From NCBI GenBank assembly GCA_027491435.1, contig JAOZFG010000042.1, positions 1 to 10,617 on the forward strand: 10,617 bases of DNA, in the 5' to 3' direction. Shown here one piece after another: positions 7,025 through 10,617 of this stretch. The position numbers and the translations under genes were made by a program. The notes under the pieces were generated by a model, which worked only from the letters and a program-made list of their open reading frames with translations, was not told the origin of the DNA and did no database searches. The DNA comes from Thermoproteota archaeon. Lineage in GTDB: Archaea; Korarchaeota; Korarchaeia; Korarchaeales; Korarchaeaceae. Within the stretch, counting starts at the first letter, position 1. The number at the start of each line of letters is the position of its first letter.

Positions 7025-7627
7025 TTAAAACCAGCAATAGGCCTCATAACCACAGGAAGAGCACTTTTTAGTCCTCCTAATCCTGGGGATCTTCCCCCTG
7101 TATATCCTGAGCACCTGCTTGACGGTCCACATGGTGTGATCCCTTATCTCCCTGGTCATGGGAACCTCCACAAGCTCGTCCTCATACAGAAGGAAGAACC
7201 TCCTGGTTAAGGTGCCCATCCTCTCCTCCAACAACATGCTATAAGCGGCGCCCTGTACTCTATGGCCTATTGGCACGTCCTTAGGCCTTCTAGATCCCTT
7301 CACCTCTACGACTGCCCACTCCTTTCCCATCCTCACGGCCAAGTCCAAGGTGCCAGCCAGGCAGAGCCTCCAGCTCGTCATGTAAAGGCCGCTTACCCTC
7401 TCGTCCACCTTCAGCCTTCTTAGGCCAGCCAGAGTCTTCCTCCTTCTCTCCCTGCTCCATATCTCCTCCTGCTTCTCCTTACCAGCCTTCATGTACTCCT
7501 TCTCAACTTCTTTAACGCCCAACACGTGGTAATAGACAACCCTAGGGCAGAAGTGGTACTGCCTCAACTCGCTGACAGGTACGGGCTCCTCGCACTCAGA
7601 ATATGAACTCTTGGCTATGTTCCTCAA
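7025..7627 (-). CDS. cas4: CRISPR-associated exonuclease Cas4
   Basis: VSELRQYHFCPR, RecB-like GTLD...VVEVK, QGAAY, C-terminal CSSCGYEAYC completing the four-Cys Fe-S cluster; follows cas2. TTG start is uncertain. Confidence 0.95.
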   Translation of the reverse strand: MRNIAKSSYSECEEPVPVSELRQYHFCPRVVYYHVLGVKEVEKEYMKAGKEKQEEIWSRERRRKTLAGLRRLKVDERVSGLYMTSWRLCLAGTLDLAVRMGKEWAVVEVKGSRRPKDVPIGHRVQGAAYSMLLEERMGTLTRRFFLLYEDELVEVPMTREIRDHTMWTVKQVLRIYRGKIPRIRRTKKCSSCGYEAYCWF

Positions 7628-7874
7628 CCTCCCCTATTACCTCTCTTAAAGAGACGTAGGGCTCCGGTATCAGGAATATCTGCACGTTCCCTTTGACCCC
7701 CTTCATCGCCTTTTCAATTCTCTTCTTCATCTCCTTCCTCCTCTCGCTGGATAACACGCCTAGAAAGGCGCTCTTCTGTATCCTGACTAGGCCAAAGTCC
7801 TTACATATGGAAGCTACTTTGAGCCTCACGTCGTCTGGCGTTATGTCGTATATTACGAGGGTGTGAATCACCAC
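7596..7874 (-). CDS. cas2: CRISPR-associated protein Cas2
   Basis: LVIYDIT...R.KVASICKDFGLVRIQKSAFLG; ~92 aa; directly after cas1 (alternative GTG at 7871). Confidence 0.96.
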   Translation of the reverse strand: MVIHTLVIYDITPDDVRLKVASICKDFGLVRIQKSAFLGVLSSERRKEMKKRIEKAMKGVKGNVQIFLIPEPYVSLREVIGEVEEHSQEFIF

Positions 7875-8869
7875 CTCACCCTGAAGGGCTTGTACTCGCT
7901 CCTCCCCATCACCGCTGACGCTAGTCTCTCGGCCTGAAGCCTCATATGACCCCTAATTGTGAGATTTCTCCCCCTAAACGTTACCCTAACCTTTAACCTC
8001 TCCTCATAGGCTTTCAAGGCCTCTTTTCTACCTTCCTTCGTTAGCCTCTCGCCCTCAACTATGTCCTTTAACTTGCCGGCCAGGGAAAGGGCTACCCTAT
8101 CTACTACAGGCTGCCTGAACTCCTCCATTAGGTCTGCCGCTAGGGCAGGCCTCCTATTGTTGGGAACGTGTAGGAAGCCGAGGAAGGGTTCCAGACCAAC
8201 GCTTTCCAACACGAACCAAATCTCCGACATGAGTATTGAGTACATGTAGTTGAGAAGGACGTTGAAGGGGTCCTTTGGGCCCTCGTACTTCTTCCTCCTG
8301 GAAGTGAAACCCAGCCCTTCGGGCAGGATGGAGGCGATAGCTGACCAATAAAGCTTTCCTGCCTCAGCTTCAACGCTTACGAGTTTCCCTCTAACAGCCG
8401 CGGGCGAGCCCCTCACCTCGCTAGCACGCTTTATGAGATCCTCTATCTTGTAAGCGGTCCTCCTGAGCAGCTCTCTAACCTCACCTTTCCTGTTCTTGGC
8501 TAGGGACTTCAGGAGGTCAGCTTGATTGCCCATTTTACCAGTTACGAAGGCTTTAGCAAGCTCAAGCCCTTCCACAGAATCCCTTATCGAGAATTGCCTC
8601 ATCTTCAGCCGGATATTAGAGCCCCTCCTGGCGGGAGCCAGCCTCCCCATCAGCTTACCGCCCCTCATCACCAGCATCTCAACGCCATGCTTAAGCATCA
8701 GCCTCATTGCAGCTGACGAGACGGACATCCCTCCTGTATCTATAAGGACCTGAGAAACTTCGTGGGCTGGTATCTCACCTAGAACCTCCTTTCCCTTTCT
8801 TATAATTAGCCTTTCACCCTTCGCGCCCAGGAAGAGGCCGTAGCTCGATAACACGACCCTCCTCCTCAA
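7868..8869 (-). CDS. cas1: CRISPR-associated integrase Cas1
   Basis: EAEAGKLYW, DPFNVLLNYMY, GLEPFLGFLH, ALAADLMEEFR with catalytic E/H/E; TTG start overlaps the csa1 stop. Confidence 0.97.
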   Translation of the reverse strand: MRRRVVLSSYGLFLGAKGERLIIRKGKEVLGEIPAHEVSQVLIDTGGMSVSSAAMRLMLKHGVEMLVMRGGKLMGRLAPARRGSNIRLKMRQFSIRDSVEGLELAKAFVTGKMGNQADLLKSLAKNRKGEVRELLRRTAYKIEDLIKRASEVRGSPAAVRGKLVSVEAEAGKLYWSAIASILPEGLGFTSRRKKYEGPKDPFNVLLNYMYSILMSEIWFVLESVGLEPFLGFLHVPNNRRPALAADLMEEFRQPVVDRVALSLAGKLKDIVEGERLTKEGRKEALKAYEERLKVRVTFRGRNLTIRGHMRLQAERLASAVMGRSEYKPFRVRW

Positions 8870-9756
8870 GGGCAGACCTCCCTAAGGGGACATGTCTCGG
8901 GACAACGTTCGGGCCTCCCAGGATCCTCAGCATTCGCCACTATTGCCATGGCCTCGTCCCTAAGGCTCAGAAATTGTATCCTGAGCTCGTCAGTTATCGG
9001 GAAGACCTCATACCTGAATACAGGCCACTTATCCACCCTAACGTAAGCTATTACGCCGAAGTCCACTGGCATCTCTATGTCAGCCTCTATAGCCAGGGCG
9101 TAGCCTGTAGGAGAGAGCTTGTGAAAGTCCCTTCTCTCCCCGGTTTTAATGTCCACCACGACCCCTCCTTCAGAGTAGAGGTCAACTCTAAGCTGACTTC
9201 CCAGCCCTATTAGGCTACCGTCAACGACCCTCTCAGCCACTGGAGGGATGGACATTGCCACTAAAGAGTCAAGGTCTATGTAGGGATGCTTAGATAGGAC
9301 TCTATCGACCTCCGAGGCTATCTGGACCACTATGTACTTGTACAGGCTGACGGCTTCCTCAAAGAGGTCTAAAGGAACCTCGCCCTCCATTATAGACTTT
9401 ACCGAGTCGGTTGACCTGACCAGGAGCTCTTCAAGCATCTTATACCCTGGAGTAACGCCTTCGCGGAAGAGGAACCTCTTGGCATCTGTAATCGCTTTGG
9501 CCACGGTTTCGTGAAAGAGCACTCCTCTGGTGGCATGAGGGGTCATTACCCCCTTCCTGCCCAACACCCTCCTGACGAAGATGTCCCTCATGGTCTCACA
9601 ATACCTGGAGGCCACCTCACTAACCCCTAAACGCACGTCGTATGGAGGCCTCACGGGCGGAGAGTCCCAGTCCCACCCCCTCACCTTAACAGGCCCCATG
9701 TCGACTCGGAGGGACCTTATCCTCTTTTCGAGCTCCCTCTTCCTGAGGACTGGCAT
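8866..9756 (-). CDS. csa1: Type I-A CRISPR-associated Cas4-like protein Csa1 (Cas4a)
   Basis: RGWDWDSPPVRPP...LGVSEVASRYCETMRD, RVVDGSLIGL, VVDIKTG, TGYALAIE, C-terminal CPETCPLREVC; first gene of the csa1-cas1-cas2-cas4 order. Confidence 0.92.
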   Translation of the reverse strand: MPVLRKRELEKRIRSLRVDMGPVKVRGWDWDSPPVRPPYDVRLGVSEVASRYCETMRDIFVRRVLGRKGVMTPHATRGVLFHETVAKAITDAKRFLFREGVTPGYKMLEELLVRSTDSVKSIMEGEVPLDLFEEAVSLYKYIVVQIASEVDRVLSKHPYIDLDSLVAMSIPPVAERVVDGSLIGLGSQLRVDLYSEGGVVVDIKTGERRDFHKLSPTGYALAIEADIEMPVDFGVIAYVRVDKWPVFRYEVFPITDELRIQFLSLRDEAMAIVANAEDPGRPERCPETCPLREVCP

Positions 9757-9769
9757 ACGCTGATTAGAC

Positions 9770-9791
9770 TTTATAAAACTTATGGTTTTAT
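9770..9791 (-). promoter_or_regulatory. Candidate csa1 promoter/operator
   Basis: TTTATAAA (9770-9777) overlapped by a perfect inverted repeat ATAAAAC-N5-GTTTTAT (9773-9791), just upstream of the csa1 ATG. Confidence 0.55.
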
Positions 9792-9938
9792 CACCAAAAT
9801 CTAATTTTCAACCCAATAGATGGAAAAATGGTTATTAAAAATGGCAGAGTTACTGGGTGAGGTAGGCGACAAAGCAGGCTTCAATCTCACTAACTAGAGA
9901 GCTACCAAACCAGAACAAGTCGGTGGTCCGGTAGTAGA

Positions 9939-10200
9939 GTAACAGTTAGGGTTGTGCTGTATGAGAAGCCCGTCGAAAGCCCGTCAAAACTCCGTAGAAT
10001 TTATCCAGTGGTAAATTAGGGCTGTCTGAGTAAGCTTCCAGAGAGTTTAGGGTACTACTAGTTTCTAAGGCTACAATTCACGGGCCCGTCTGACAGCGGA
10101 GGAAATTCTCTCATAAGCGGAGGGTCAACTCACGTAAAGAACAGTAAGAGCTACCAAAAAGCGGGGAGTATTAACAAGCACAGGTGACGTGAATGGAATA
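9939..10200 (+). pseudogene. Probable decayed gene with C-terminal winged helix-turn-helix
   Basis: Manual translation across stops and one frameshift near 10089: VTVRVVLYEKP...LSKLPESLGYY*FLRLQFTGP / LTAEEILS*AEGQLT*RTVRATKKRGVL, matching the archaeal wHTH pattern LP.S...Y..L...GPLT..EI......RTVR....L...G.l. Confidence 0.4.
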
Positions 10201-10201
10201 A

Positions 10202-10538
10202 CTTTCAATCCCCTTTTCGGGATTCCTGATACCTTCGCTCGGTCTTCCGCCACCTATGTCCACACTTTCAATCCCCTTTTCGGGATTCCCTGGTGCGGAT
10301 GGAACTCTTAGCCCCTTATTTCTACAGTATTTCAATCCCCTTTTCGGGATTCTGTTTCTCACCAACAGACGCATCATATTCTACAGGGATTTCAATCCCC
10401 TTTTCGGGATTCCCACTTGTAATTCGAAGGGAGCTCATAGACCCATATTGCTTTTCAATCCCCTTTTCGGGATTCTTCCTTACAATGCCAAGATAGGTGG
10501 AGCTTGGAAAAGTATTTTCAATCCCCTTTTCGGGATTC
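10202..10538 (-). CRISPR. CRISPR array, 6 repeats / 5 spacers
   Basis: Identical 23-nt core TTTCAATCCCCTTTTCGGGATTC at 10203, 10266, 10330, 10390, 10453 and 10516; spacers 36-40 nt if the repeat is counted as 24 nt. Minus strand reads GAATCCCGAAAAGGGGATTGAAA(N), with a 6-bp AATCCC/GGGATT stem and the usual ATTGAAA(N) 3' end, which sets the orientation. Confidence 0.98.
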
Positions 10539-10617
10539 CCGACGGTGTATTACCCTTGACTTACTTAAATAGGTTACCTCCACAGTACAATTTTTAACAG
10601 CCATTCGCTGCACTCCT
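10539..10617 (-). promoter_or_regulatory. Probable CRISPR leader (cut by window edge)
   Basis: No further intact repeat in 79 nt; minus-strand TATTTAAGT (10571-10563) lies 25-33 nt before the first repeat, consistent with an archaeal promoter. Confidence 0.55.

Noticed and set aside
1108-9763. Many short antisense or alternate-frame ORFs inside the long genes
   Set aside because: Fully overlap well-supported genes and carry no motifs; expected in GC-rich coding DNA.
9898-10158. AGAGCTACCAAA direct repeat (9898-9909, 10147-10158) and tandem AAGCCCGTC copies near 9966-9985 as a target-site duplication or MITE
   Set aside because: No terminal inverted repeats or transposase remnant between them; the HTH-like reading continues across the second copy.
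10226-10514. Self-targeting spacers
   Set aside because: No spacer match elsewhere in the window found by eye; the rest of the genome could not be checked.
10256-10597. 113-aa ORF through the array with repeated FNPLFGI (also ORFs 10171-10377 and 10293-10496)
   Set aside because: Product of stop-free repeats and unit lengths that are mostly multiples of three (63, 64, 60, 63, 63); no RBS or protein-like features.
10591-10615. TTTTTAACAGCCATTCGCTG as a degenerate seventh repeat, which would flip the array orientation
   Set aside because: Low identity, no stem, and 52 nt from the last repeat; the ATTGAAA end and TATA-like element favour a leader here.

Overview
Archaeal window, probably from a thermophilic TACK-type lineage (inferred from AGG/ATA codon use, archaeal GluRS, DIP-synthesis enzyme, GGTGA/GGAGG RBSs and TATA boxes). 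Left to right: (1) a vapBC-type toxin-antitoxin pair (AbrB + PIN) with a candidate operator; (2) a bifunctional IPCT/DIPPS di-myo-inositol-phosphate synthesis gene with an unusual ~165-aa extra membrane domain; (3) a divergent, tightly coupled three-gene operon encoding a small CxxC/HxxH Zn-binding-like protein, a class I SAM methyltransferase and a Ras/Rab-like small GTPase, which is the best candidate for an undescribed system; (4) gltX; (5) an unexplained ~600-bp gap; (6) a type I-A-style CRISPR adaptation cassette csa1-cas1-cas2-cas4 with no effector genes in the window; (7) a probable decayed winged-HTH gene; (8) a 6-repeat CRISPR array whose terminal repeat base varies in pairs. All calls come from reading motifs by eye; no searches were run.
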